From Clostridiales bacterium (GTDB taxonomy: Bacteria; Bacillota; Clostridia; Christensenellales; Pumilibacteraceae), in the NCBI GenBank assembly GCA_015055705.1, contig SVHR01000001.1:1-54309 (forward strand): a stretch of 54,309 nt of DNA. The letters are read 5' to 3'. This document shows positions 45,501-53,300 of the stretch, piece after piece. The notes beneath the pieces were generated by a model. It saw nothing but the letters and a program-made list of their open reading frames with translations. It was not told the origin of the DNA and searched no databases. The position numbers were made by a program, and so were the translations under genes. The stretch's first letter is position 1, and each line of letters starts with the position of its first letter.

Positions 45501-45609
45501 TAGACAGGTCAACCTATATGCCTTGGCTGTCGAGCGACTTCTAAAAAAGAAGGTTACCAAAAAGCTTTTGTATTATTTCGACAGCAAAAAATTTGTCGAA
45601 GTAAGGTGA
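42514..45609 (+). CDS. addA: ATP-dependent helicase/nuclease subunit A (UvrD-like SF1 helicase plus RecB-type nuclease)
   Basis: AGGAGA lies before ATG 42514, with an 8-nt overlap with addB. Motifs are Walker A SASAGSGKT, FVDEYQDINPLQ, MTIHKSKGLEF and LYVALTRA, with the C-terminal nuclease GVIDLLVIDGDEATVIDYKTGK. Confidence 0.9.
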   Translation: MIKWSDKQLEVINSDDDRILVSASAGSGKTTVMIERILRLLTSGVKISNMLICTFTRASAADMRSKLYVKMSERGLKNQLKELSRADISTIDSFCQRIVTKYFYVLGIDPQFEMLDEGEAAAMQASAVDQAIKHFEGDSDFARLAEILRSGRRDYTLKKAIRAIMNFSGINPETPPTYSYDRCAVSSTINGHIEEQRQKLLKVIEDVFADLDEDVIKAELLSAMTNGNCKVYVKDIRQRKDFAPVFKHLEGRVNEYRSLVDEASQLSGQSESEPFIRALITAAEYAQRVYADEKKKRSMLDFSDLENMMLAILKSDVAPEIRAKYKHIFVDEYQDINPLQESLIQLLARGNKLFMVGDLKQSIYAFRGCEPRIFKQKYDLYEADPSQGRLIKLDMNYRSSPEVISFCNDIFSKVMTGDFGGIDYAKNPMSAAKTTSGYVKMHIVSGKEANDVGGIYSVQNHCGGSLTKVEAEATLVAYRIQELLKKEHDGVPISFQDIAILTRGFSTLERLVIQKLREINVPVSLVEKAYYLTRPETGQLINYLRLIDNRLDDNAMALSMLSPFGGFNENELAEIKLAGNGAFHACVIEAAKNNQKVKEFFDRLDRYYLLSLSVGVDELVNTIVSECAYFNYAYKLGEDAAEVLDRFLEFVGSCPAKGSLSACLRFIDEHQPYTELSGDDNSVKLMTIHKSKGLEFRYVFVIGLGESFNLRDMSAQIFVSSAVAMPVYADHQAKNSDLRFLSALLQRKKQLEEELRILYVALTRAEYGLELFATRSESDTHISAYELSPRAVDFSECTSALKWLAPKVFLAEKYDISDIEIEAAPPVRVLFGKSDEGVVKDLREYFDFVPQKNAPSKSYVSKLAHQEDESEEPAVYLTQEEDHSGDALQRGNAYHHAMELIDFSCPDLSLIPPSELALVDKDKLLCAAGKMAGFKGEIYKEKPFMLKLSALEAGVDGSGYVLVQGVIDLLVIDGDEATVIDYKTGKAHGAFEEGYFRQVNLYALAVERLLKKKVTKKLLYYFDSKKFVEVR

Positions 45610-45670
45610 GTTTTGTAATATAAGCTACTAATACTGCCGCGTCGTGTTATAATGCAAGCGGAGGTGAAAT

Positions 45671-45832
45671 ATGGATCCAAAGCTTATACTGCCAAATCCC
45701 GAAAAGCAGACGGCCGTAACGATAGAGCAAATAGAAGCCTTACTCGACAAGGAATATCTGCAAGCCGGCTTAGCGGACAAAGCACTTGTTAAGCTAAAAA
45801 GCTTGCTTGAGGGATTGAGCGAAACGAAATAG
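45671..45832 (+). CDS. Small ORF (53 aa) absent from the ORF track: MDPKLILPNPEKQTAVTIEQIEALLDKEYLQAGLADKALVKLKSLLEGLSETK
   Basis: GGAGGTG lies 6 nt before ATG 45671. An extended -10 TGTTATAAT is at about 45643-45651. A strong terminator follows immediately downstream. The peptide is predicted helical. Confidence 0.5.
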   Translation: MDPKLILPNPEKQTAVTIEQIEALLDKEYLQAGLADKALVKLKSLLEGLSETK

Positions 45833-45846
45833 GGAAAATGCAAAAC

Positions 45847-45880
45847 AAAAAAGCAGTTCTATGATTAGAGCTGCTTTTTT
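45847..45880. terminator. Bidirectional terminator
   Basis: aaaaaaGCAGTTCTA tgat TAGAGCTGCtttttt (9-bp stem with one G-U pair). Confidence 0.7.
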
Positions 45881-45897
45881 CATAAAATAAGTGTACG

Positions 45898-46191
45898 TTA
45901 TATTGTTTTTATTAAAACAAAAGAAACTATGCTTATGATAAGAGCAATGGCGGAAATAATACCTGCAATACGGCATCCCTTACTTTTTGAAAATACAAAA
46001 CTAAGGCAGGTATTGATTGCCGACAACGCAAAAGCAGGGACAGTAAACACAACGGCATACATCACCAAAAAAGCAACACCCAAGCCGTTGGCGACTATAA
46101 GGGCATTACAGCTAAAGAAAAGAGCGAAGCCTGCCGCAACGAGAGCTACGATCGAAAGTATTATAGTGATAATAGGAATAACTTTTTTCAT
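45898..46191 (-). CDS. Small membrane protein (97 aa, 3 TM), unknown function
   Basis: Three hydrophobic segments: IPIITIILSIVALVAAGFALFF, LGVAFLVMYAVVFTVPAFALSAI and IAGIISAIALIISIVSFVLI. Confidence 0.65.
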   Translation of the reverse strand: MKKVIPIITIILSIVALVAAGFALFFSCNALIVANGLGVAFLVMYAVVFTVPAFALSAINTCLSFVFSKSKGCRIAGIISAIALIISIVSFVLIKTI

Positions 46192-46197
46192 ATTTTT

Positions 46198-46226
46198 AGT
46201 ATAACACGGAAATTGGTTTTTGTCAA
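46198..46226 (-). promoter_or_regulatory. Minus-strand promoter giving a leaderless transcript for the 97-aa membrane protein
   Basis: On the minus strand: TTGACA (46226-46221), 17-nt spacer, TATACT (46203-46198), then 6 nt and ATG (46191). Confidence 0.55.
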
Positions 46227-46250
46227 TACTGAAATTAAAAAAATTTGCGC

Positions 46251-46288
46251 AAAAAAGTCGAAGCCGCCGAGTACTCGACAGCTTCGAC
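46251..46288 (-). terminator. Terminator of the Cys-rich SpaA-like gene
   Basis: GTCGAAGC ... GCTTCGAC 8-bp stem enclosing the palindrome CGAGTACTCG. A T-run follows on the minus strand. Confidence 0.6.
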
Positions 46289-46307
46289 AGTAAACGCGCA
46301 AAAAACG

Positions 46308-46595
46308 CTATTTACATTCGACTCCAAGCTTAATAATTTTTATGCTGCCCGTTTTGCGCTTGTTTACAAATTCGACACAGCGGTGGTCGCATCCTTCGTC
46401 AATGACTATTTCGACCTCCTCGCAGCAGCGATGGTAGCCGTTGGGTGCTTCCACTTCTCGTAAGTAATATTTGCCAAACGGAAGGCAGTCGATAATTGCC
46501 TCACCGTTTTCATCCGTTTTGACGCACATAATTTGCTCGTGATGGCAGTCCATCAAAACAAATTTTGCGCCACAAAGTCTTTTTTTGTCTTGCAT
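46308..46595 (-). CDS. Stand-alone cysteine-rich SpaA/CnaB-type (prealbumin-like fold) domain protein, 95 aa, no signal peptide
   Basis: GAKFVLMD...VKTDENGEAIIDCLPFGKYYLREVEAPNGY matches the classic GAxFxL...TDxxGxxxxxxLxxGxYxxxExxAPxGY signature. It has 9 Cys and 4 His. Confidence 0.7.
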   Translation of the reverse strand: MQDKKRLCGAKFVLMDCHHEQIMCVKTDENGEAIIDCLPFGKYYLREVEAPNGYHRCCEEVEIVIDEGCDHRCVEFVNKRKTGSIKIIKLGVECK

Positions 46596-46668
46596 AGTTA
46601 ACGTTCTCCTTGTGTTTATGCGGCCTCAGTAACATACTATTACAAACATCACATAGGTGTGCAAACAC

Positions 46669-46697
46669 TTGACTAAAAAGGCAATAAATTGTATAAT
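46669..46697 (+). promoter_or_regulatory. Consensus sigma-A promoter for the two small lipoprotein genes
   Basis: TTGACT (46669-46674), 17-nt spacer, TATAAT (46692-46697). Confidence 0.65.
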
Positions 46698-46726
46698 ACC
46701 GCAAAGCAAAACAAAAAGGAGTGCTT

Positions 46727-47110
46727 ATGAAAAAAATTGTTTGCCTGATTATCGCTGTCTTGCTTACGCTTGCTTGCGTTTCGTGCGGAGATAATGTCGA
46801 GTACTCAGGAGTTTACACGCGTAGCACGGCAGAGGCGACCTTTACGGTCACGCTTGGCAAGGACGGTAGCTTTAAGTTTGAGCGAGAATACAAGAGGACT
46901 AATTCCTATAATCCCTTTGATAATCCCACAAATAACATTCGAAAAGGCACGTATTCCGTCGAAAATGACGAGATAGTAATAAGCTTTTCGTACTACGAGG
47001 AGGCCGAAAGGGATATGGTTGACTGCGTTGCTTATGCGCGGGTTAGTGACGGGAAGCTGATTATTACTGACGAAAGCAGGCAAATAAGCGGCACTTATAC
47101 CAAAAAGTAA
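46727..47110 (+). CDS. Small lipoprotein, unknown function
   Basis: AAGGAG lies before ATG 46727. The signal peptide plus lipobox is MKKIVCLIIAVLLTLACVSC. Confidence 0.75.
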   Translation: MKKIVCLIIAVLLTLACVSCGDNVEYSGVYTRSTAEATFTVTLGKDGSFKFEREYKRTNSYNPFDNPTNNIRKGTYSVENDEIVISFSYYEEAERDMVDCVAYARVSDGKLIITDESRQISGTYTKK

Positions 47111-47124
47111 CAGGAGCTGTGACA

Positions 47125-47475
47125 ATGAAAAGGATATTTTCGATTGTATCGATATTGCTTGTATGCGCTTTTTGGCTTTGCGCTTGCTCTCCGAGTGAAA
47201 ACGAAGTAAAAAAGACTTACGAGGATAATGGATATAGGACTTATGAGCCGGGACTGTATATGGCGGCGGCAGAGGGCGTGTCCGAGGATGACTTGGAGTT
47301 TTATTTTATGGCAACAATTCGTAGCCAACGAGTGGACATTATGGGCTTTAAAGACACCGAATCAGCAAAGGAATGCTACCTGGAAAAAAACAAAAACACA
47401 GCGGAAAATTATGCGGTAAAGCGTAGAGGCAGGGTAGTTGCCTTTGGCGAAGCAGACGGCGTGTCGCTTTTGTAG
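47125..47475 (+). CDS. Small lipoprotein, unknown function
   Basis: AGGAG lies before ATG 47125. The signal peptide plus lipobox is MKRIFSIVSILLVCAFWLCAC. Confidence 0.75.
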   Translation: MKRIFSIVSILLVCAFWLCACSPSENEVKKTYEDNGYRTYEPGLYMAAAEGVSEDDLEFYFMATIRSQRVDIMGFKDTESAKECYLEKNKNTAENYAVKRRGRVVAFGEADGVSLL

Positions 47476-47545
47476 CAAGGCGTATATTTTACTCATAACG
47501 CATAAAAAATATGTGAAAAAAATTTTACAAACAGCTGTCAACCAA

Positions 47546-47574
47546 TAGACATATATAGTAAAATATGATATAAT
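47546..47574 (+). promoter_or_regulatory. Sigma-A-type promoter of hppA
   Basis: TAGACA (47546-47551), 17-nt spacer, TATAAT (47569-47574), preceded by TGA. Confidence 0.55.
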
Positions 47575-47637
47575 CGTTGACAGTTTGTGGACGAATGCGT
47601 TCATTTAACTATAACAACATTAAGAAGGAGTGTTCTT

Positions 47638-49833
47638 ATGAAACAGTGGCTTATGATTATTGTCATGGCGGCAGTAGTTCTTGGCCTCGGCTATGCGGCG
47701 CTCAATTACTTTCTTACCAAAAAGCTTAAGGAAGGAAACGAACGCATGCAGGAGATTGCCGCGGCTATCCGCGAGGGTGCAAACGCTTTTATCAATTACG
47801 AGTATAAAATCGTTGCTATCATTGGTGGCGCAATCGCAGTGCTTCTTGCACTTGTAATCTCGTGGGAAACGGGCGTTGCATTCTTGATTGGTGCAGTTAT
47901 GTCTGCTTGCGCGGGATATATCGGCATGAAGATTGCAACATACTGCAATGTTCGTGTAGCAAACGAAGCAAACGAAACTCGCAGCACCGGTAAGACCCTT
48001 AAGGTTGCCTTCCGTGGCGGCTCGGTAATGGGTCTTAGCGTAGCAGGCTTTGCGCTTTTGGGTATTTTAATCGTTTACTTTATTTTCGGCGTATGGGGTG
48101 GAATGCTTGATACGACCCTTGTGAACGGTGTTTCCGGCATAGTAGTAAAGACAAATCCCATCACGGGCGGCGAGTATTCGATGTCGCTAATCCTTTCGGG
48201 CTATGCGCTTGGTTGCTCGATTATCGCGCTTTTCAACCGTGTAGGCGGCGGTATCTATACCAAGGCGGCAGACATGGGCGCAGACCTCGTTGGTAAAACC
48301 GAGGCGCACATCCCCGAGGACGACCCGCGTAACCCCGCTACCATTGCGGACAACGTAGGCGACAACGTAGGCGACGTAGCAGGACTTGGCGCAGACCTTC
48401 TCGAAAGCTTCGTAGGCTCGATAATGGCAACCGTAATCTTGGCTATCGAAATATTCACTCACAACATACAGTTCTATTCCATCGACCTTTTCCAACAGAT
48501 GGTAATGTTCCCCATCCTGTTTGCTGGTATCGGTCTTATCGGTTGCGTAATCGGTATCACCTATCCGCTTATAAAGGCAAAGCTGTCCGAAAATCCGCAC
48601 ACCGAGCTTAACCTCGCTACATGGATTTCGGCAGGTATGGCAATCGTGCTTGGATTCGTGCTTTGCTTCTTCCTCTTTAAGGGTGAGGATGCAGGTTATC
48701 AGGCACAGCTTGAAGCAATCGGCTTTAAGGCAGGAACGCTTACCCCGTGGATTTGCGCAGTTATCGGTATCGCCGTTGGTATTATAATCGGTATTATATC
48801 CGAGTACTACACCAGCTACGACTACAAGCCCACTCGCAACATCTCGCACGCAAGCAAGGAGGGCCCTGCGCTCACCATCACTCAGGGTATGGCAACCGGT
48901 ATGGTAAGCTGTATGCTTCCCGTAGTTTGCCTTGGTATTGCAATCTTTGCTACCTTCGCTCTTGGCGGAATGTACGGCGTAGGCTGCGGCGCAATGGGTA
49001 TGCTTTCCTTCGTAGCGGCTACCGTTTCGGTAGACACCTACGGACCTATCAGCGACAATGCAGGCGGTATTGCCGAAATGAGCAAGCTCGACCCCGAGGT
49101 TCGCGTAATCACCGACAAGCTTGACAGCGTAGGTAACACTACCGCGGCTATCGGTAAGGGCTTTGCAATCGGCTCGGCAGCTCTTGCAACCATGTCCATG
49201 ATGTCCAGCTATTTGTATTCGTTCATTGAGGACGCAAGTCTTTCGCTTAATATTATGGGCAGAGAGGTGCTTGTAGGCGCGATTGTAGGCGCGGCACTCC
49301 CGTTCCTCTTCAGCGGTATGCTTATCAACGCAGTGGCTAAGGCTGCCCGTAACATGGTTACTGAGGTTAGACGTCAGTTTAATGAGTACCCCGGAATTTT
49401 GGACGGAACTCAAAGACCCGACTACAAGACCTGCATCGAGATTTCCTCGCGTGGCGCACTTAAGCAGATGATCGCTCCCGCAGTTGTTGCAATTGCTTTC
49501 CCCGTTGGCTGTGGCTTTATCTTTGGCGGACAGTTCGTTGGCGGTCTTTTGATTGGTGCTACGCTTTCGGCAATCATGCTTGCAATCTTCACCGGTAACT
49601 CGGGCGGCGCTTGGGACAATGCAAAGAAGTACATTGAATCGGGTGGAGTAGAAGGCTGCGGCAAGGGCTCGGATGCTCACAGTGCGGCTGTCGTAGGCGA
49701 CACCGTAGGCGATCCTCTTAAGGATACCGTTGGACCGTCTCTTGATATTCTTATCAAGATTATGAGTACCGTTTCGCTTGTTTGCGTAGTAGTGTTCCAT
49801 AAGTACAACTTGCTTACGTTGCTCGGAATTTAG
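47638..49833 (+). CDS. hppA: Membrane-integral ion-translocating pyrophosphatase, K+-dependent subtype
   Basis: AAGGAG lies before ATG 47638. Motifs are ADNVGDNVGDVAGLGADL, DNAGGIAEM, GNTTAAIGKGFAIGSAAL and GDTVGDPLKDT. Ala rather than Lys in GNTTAA marks the K+-dependent subfamily. Confidence 0.95.
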   Translation: MKQWLMIIVMAAVVLGLGYAALNYFLTKKLKEGNERMQEIAAAIREGANAFINYEYKIVAIIGGAIAVLLALVISWETGVAFLIGAVMSACAGYIGMKIATYCNVRVANEANETRSTGKTLKVAFRGGSVMGLSVAGFALLGILIVYFIFGVWGGMLDTTLVNGVSGIVVKTNPITGGEYSMSLILSGYALGCSIIALFNRVGGGIYTKAADMGADLVGKTEAHIPEDDPRNPATIADNVGDNVGDVAGLGADLLESFVGSIMATVILAIEIFTHNIQFYSIDLFQQMVMFPILFAGIGLIGCVIGITYPLIKAKLSENPHTELNLATWISAGMAIVLGFVLCFFLFKGEDAGYQAQLEAIGFKAGTLTPWICAVIGIAVGIIIGIISEYYTSYDYKPTRNISHASKEGPALTITQGMATGMVSCMLPVVCLGIAIFATFALGGMYGVGCGAMGMLSFVAATVSVDTYGPISDNAGGIAEMSKLDPEVRVITDKLDSVGNTTAAIGKGFAIGSAALATMSMMSSYLYSFIEDASLSLNIMGREVLVGAIVGAALPFLFSGMLINAVAKAARNMVTEVRRQFNEYPGILDGTQRPDYKTCIEISSRGALKQMIAPAVVAIAFPVGCGFIFGGQFVGGLLIGATLSAIMLAIFTGNSGGAWDNAKKYIESGGVEGCGKGSDAHSAAVVGDTVGDPLKDTVGPSLDILIKIMSTVSLVCVVVFHKYNLLTLLGI

Positions 49834-49860
49834 TTAAATAAATTATCGAATAATAACAAA

Positions 49861-49896
49861 AATAGGTTTGCTAATTTAGTAAGCCTATTTTTTTGT
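49861..49896 (+). terminator. Terminator after hppA
   Basis: AATAGGTTTGCT / AGTAAGCCTATT 12-bp stem (two G-U pairs) followed by a T-run. Confidence 0.6.
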
Positions 49897-49917
49897 CCGT
49901 TTTTTTGGCAAAAACGC

Positions 49918-49946
49918 TTGCCAAACCGCTTTTGGTATGCTATATT
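49918..49946 (+). promoter_or_regulatory. Promoter of the SRP RNA gene
   Basis: TTGCCA (49918-49923), 17-nt spacer, TATATT (49941-49946). Confidence 0.6.
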
Positions 49947-49952
49947 GATACA

Positions 49953-50222
49953 AGCCGTGCTATGTGGGGAGCTAGCGGTGCCCTGTACTCACAATCCGCT
50001 ACAGTGGGGCAGAATACCTACCGAGGCCTTGCACATGGAAGGCAGTTGCCATTAAGTGACGTTGATTTCAAGGTCTTGTGCAACGTTATCCCATGAACCG
50101 TGTCAGGGCTTGACCGCAGCAGCACTAAGTGGATAATAGCGTGTGCCACGAGGTAGCTTTGGAGGAGTTGGCTGGTGGAGGGACGCTTCGGTGCGCATTG
50201 TCGAAGTAGGTTGCACGGTGTT
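49953..50222 (+). ncRNA. ffs: Signal recognition particle RNA, long (Bacillus-type, Alu domain-containing) form, about 270 nt
   Basis: CCAUGAACCGUGUCAGG...AGCAGCACUAAGUGG...GCGUGUGCCACGAGGUAGCUUUGG (50091-50165) matches the universally conserved helix-8 flanks (E. coli GGUCAGG...AGCAGCC...GUGUGCCGGGAUGUAGCUGG, recalled from memory). The 5' GCCGUGC pairs with the 3' GCACGGU. A T-run follows at 50221. The ends are approximate. Confidence 0.8.
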
Positions 50223-50332
50223 TTTATTGACTAAAAAGCAGTATCGTTATAAGGTGCTGTTTTTTGTTTTGCTCCTAATTTGCTGTGGTGCTTATTATTT
50301 ATAATAAAGTGGCGATAATACGGCCAAATCAA

Positions 50333-50362
50333 TTGACTTAAAATGCCTTTTGGTAGTATAAT
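50333..50362 (+). promoter_or_regulatory. Promoter of ileS
   Basis: TTGACT (50333-50338), 18-nt spacer, TATAAT (50357-50362). AAGAGAGG RBS lies before ATG 50388. Confidence 0.6.
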
Positions 50363-50387
50363 GTAGCATTAAGAGAGGTATTTTTTA

Positions 50388-53300
50388 ATGTACGAGAAAG
50401 TAAACCCAAATCTTGATTTTGTAGAAAGAGAAAAAGAAGTCATTGACTTTTGGAATAAGAACGACGTCTTTGCACTAAGCATGCAGCAAACCGAGGGCGG
50501 CGAAGAATTTTCATTTTACGACGGCCCCCCGACGGCTAACGGAAAGCCGCACATCGGTCATATTCTTACCCGCGTAATGAAGGATATCGTGCCCAGATAT
50601 AAGACCATGAAGGGCTATCACGTTTTGCGCAAGGCGGGCTGGGATACTCACGGCTTGCCCGTCGAGCTTGAGGTAGAAAAGAAGCTTGGCATGGATGGCA
50701 AGCAGGATATCGAAAAGTACGGTATCGAGCCGTTTATTGCTCAGTGCAAGGAAAGCGTTTGGAAATATAAAACCGAATGGGAAAAGATGAGCGAGCGTGT
50801 AGGCTATTGGGTAGACATGGACAACCCGTACATCACCTACAACGACAACTATATCGAATCCGTTTGGTGGTCGCTTAAGGAAATCGCCAAAAAGGGTCTT
50901 ATTTACAAGGGACACAAAATCGTGCCGTATTGCCCGCGTTGCGGAACGGCTCTTTCCTCTCACGAGGTTGCTCAGGGCTATAAGGACGTAGAGGAAACGA
51001 CCGCTATTGCTAAATTCAAGGTAGTGGGCGAGGAGAATACGTACATTCTTGCGTGGACGACTACGCCGTGGACGCTTCCGTCCAACGTTGCGCTTTGCAT
51101 GCACCCCGACTACGAGTACAGCAAAATTCAGGTAGGCGGTGAAATTTACATTCTCGCAAAGGAGCTTATTCCCACCATCTTCGAGGAATACGTTACGCTT
51201 GAAACTAAGCTTGGTAAGGATTACGAGTACCTTGCTTACGAGCCGCTTTTCGACTTTTACAGCGGCAAGGAAAAACGCCATTACGTTGTAAACGATACCT
51301 ACGTTACGCTTACCGACGGTACCGGCGTAGTTCATATCGCACCTGCATTCGGTGAGGACGACGCACAGGTGGGTAGACGCTACGGCTTGCCCTTCGTGCA
51401 GCTTATTGACGACCGCGGTACCTTCGTTAAGGAAGCAGGCAAATATGCCGGAATCTTCTGTAAGGAAGCGGATAAGGAAATTATAAAAGAGCTTAAAGAG
51501 CGTGGCTTGCTGCTTAAGACGCTTAAGGTTACGCACAGCTATCCGTTCTGCTGGAGATGCGACACGCCGCTTCTTTATTATGCGCGTTCGACTTGGTTTA
51601 TTAAGACCACCGAGCTAAAGAACAATTTGCTCAAAAACAACGCTTCGGTCAATTGGATTCCCGACGCAATCGGCAAGGGCAGAATGGGAAACTTCCTCGA
51701 AAACGTAGTAGATTGGGGATTGTCCCGTGACCGCTATTGGGGTACTCCGCTTCCCATCTGGGTGTGTGAGGACTGCGGCGAAATCAAGGTTATAGGCTCG
51801 AAGGAAGAGCTTAAAAAAGAGGGCAATATCGAGGGCGATATCGAGCTTCATAAGCCGTACGTTGACAGCATCGAGCTTAAGTGTAAATGCGGAGGCAAAA
51901 TGCACCGCACGCCCGAGGTTATCGACTGCTGGTACGACAGCGGATCTATGCCTTTTGCGCAATATCACTACCCGTTTGAGAATAAGGAAGTGTTCGAAAA
52001 GACCTTCCCCGCCGACTTTATTTCGGAAGCAGTCGATCAGACCCGCGGCTGGTTCTATACGTTGCTTGCAATCTCTACGCTTATCTTCGACAAGGCACCC
52101 TTCAAAAACTGCATAGTTTTGGGACACGTAAACGATAAAAACGGCGTAAAAATGAGCAAGCACAAGGGCAACGTCGTAGACCCGTGGTCGGTTCTCGACA
52201 AGCAGGGCGCAGACGCTGTAAGATGGTATTTCTATACCACCTCGCAGCCGTGGCTTCCCTCGCGCTTTAGTGCCGAAGCGGTAAGCGAAGCACAGCGTAA
52301 GTACCTCGGCACGCTTTGGAACACCTATTCGTTCTATATTTTGTATGCCGAGATTGATAAGTTCGACCCGACCAAGTACGACTTTAACAAGGTTAAATTT
52401 TCGCTTATGGACAAGTGGATTTTGTCCGAGCTTAATATGCTTATAAGGGAGACCGATAAGCTCCTTAACGAATACAAGATTACCGAAAGCGCAAGACTTA
52501 TCTCTGATTTTACGGACGGACTCAGCAACTGGTACGTTCGCCGTTGCCGCGAAAGATATTGGGGCAGCGATATGTCGGACGACAAGATTGCGGCGTATAT
52601 GACTCTTAACAAGGTGCTCGTAACGCTTGCAGGGCTTACTGCTCCGTTTACGCCGTTTATTGCGGAAAGCATCTATCAAAATATCGTTCGCAGCGTAGAC
52701 AAGACTGCACCCGTGTCCGTTCATCTTACTCGATTCCCCGAGTGCGACGAGTCGTTTATTGACGAAAAGCTTTGCAAGGAAATGAAGATTGCCATGGAAG
52801 CGGCGGCTCTCGGACGTGCGGCTCGTAATGCGGCTAACGTCAAAAACCGTCAACCGCTTGGCAGAGTTCTTCTTTGCGGCACCAGCAGAATCAGCGACGG
52901 ACTTATGGAGGTAATAAGAGACGAGCTTAACGTTAAGCATATCGAGTTTATTTCGGATGCAGGCGAGTACGTTACCTACGAGGTTAAGCCTCAGCTTAAA
53001 ACCTTGGGGCCCAAGTACGGCAGACTTATCGGCGATATTCGCTCGTACCTTGCGGCAAACGCAGAGGCTGTAGTAAAGACAGTTAAGGCAAACGGAGTAG
53101 TGGAGTTCACCTTGGGTGAAGCGACAATCAGCCTTACCGAGGAGGATTTGCTTGTTGGTATAATCAACCGCGAGGGCTTTGCGTCCGAATCGGCAAAGGG
53201 CCTTACCGTAATTCTTGATACCGAGCTTAACGCTGAGCTTATAAAGGAAGGTATTGCCCGTGAGCTTGTTAGCAAAATTCAAACCATGCGTAAGGAATCG

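Noticed and set aside
48187-49800. 537-aa ORF on the minus strand, and similar ones at 51615-53282, 50511-51536, 13276-14445, 28204-29268 and 29412-30479
   Set aside because: They are antisense to, and in exact codon register with, confidently identified genes (hppA, ileS, M18 peptidase, fba, gap). The translations are low-complexity and Arg/Cys/Ser-rich with no motifs or start signals. They are explained by avoidance of TTA/CTA/TCA codons in the sense genes.
49893-50096. 67-aa ORF between hppA and ileS, and my initial idea that this region is a T-box leader for ileS
   Set aside because: The region carries SRP RNA domain IV and terminal-stem signatures, its own promoter and a T-run. No T-box sequence is present, and the ORF has no RBS.
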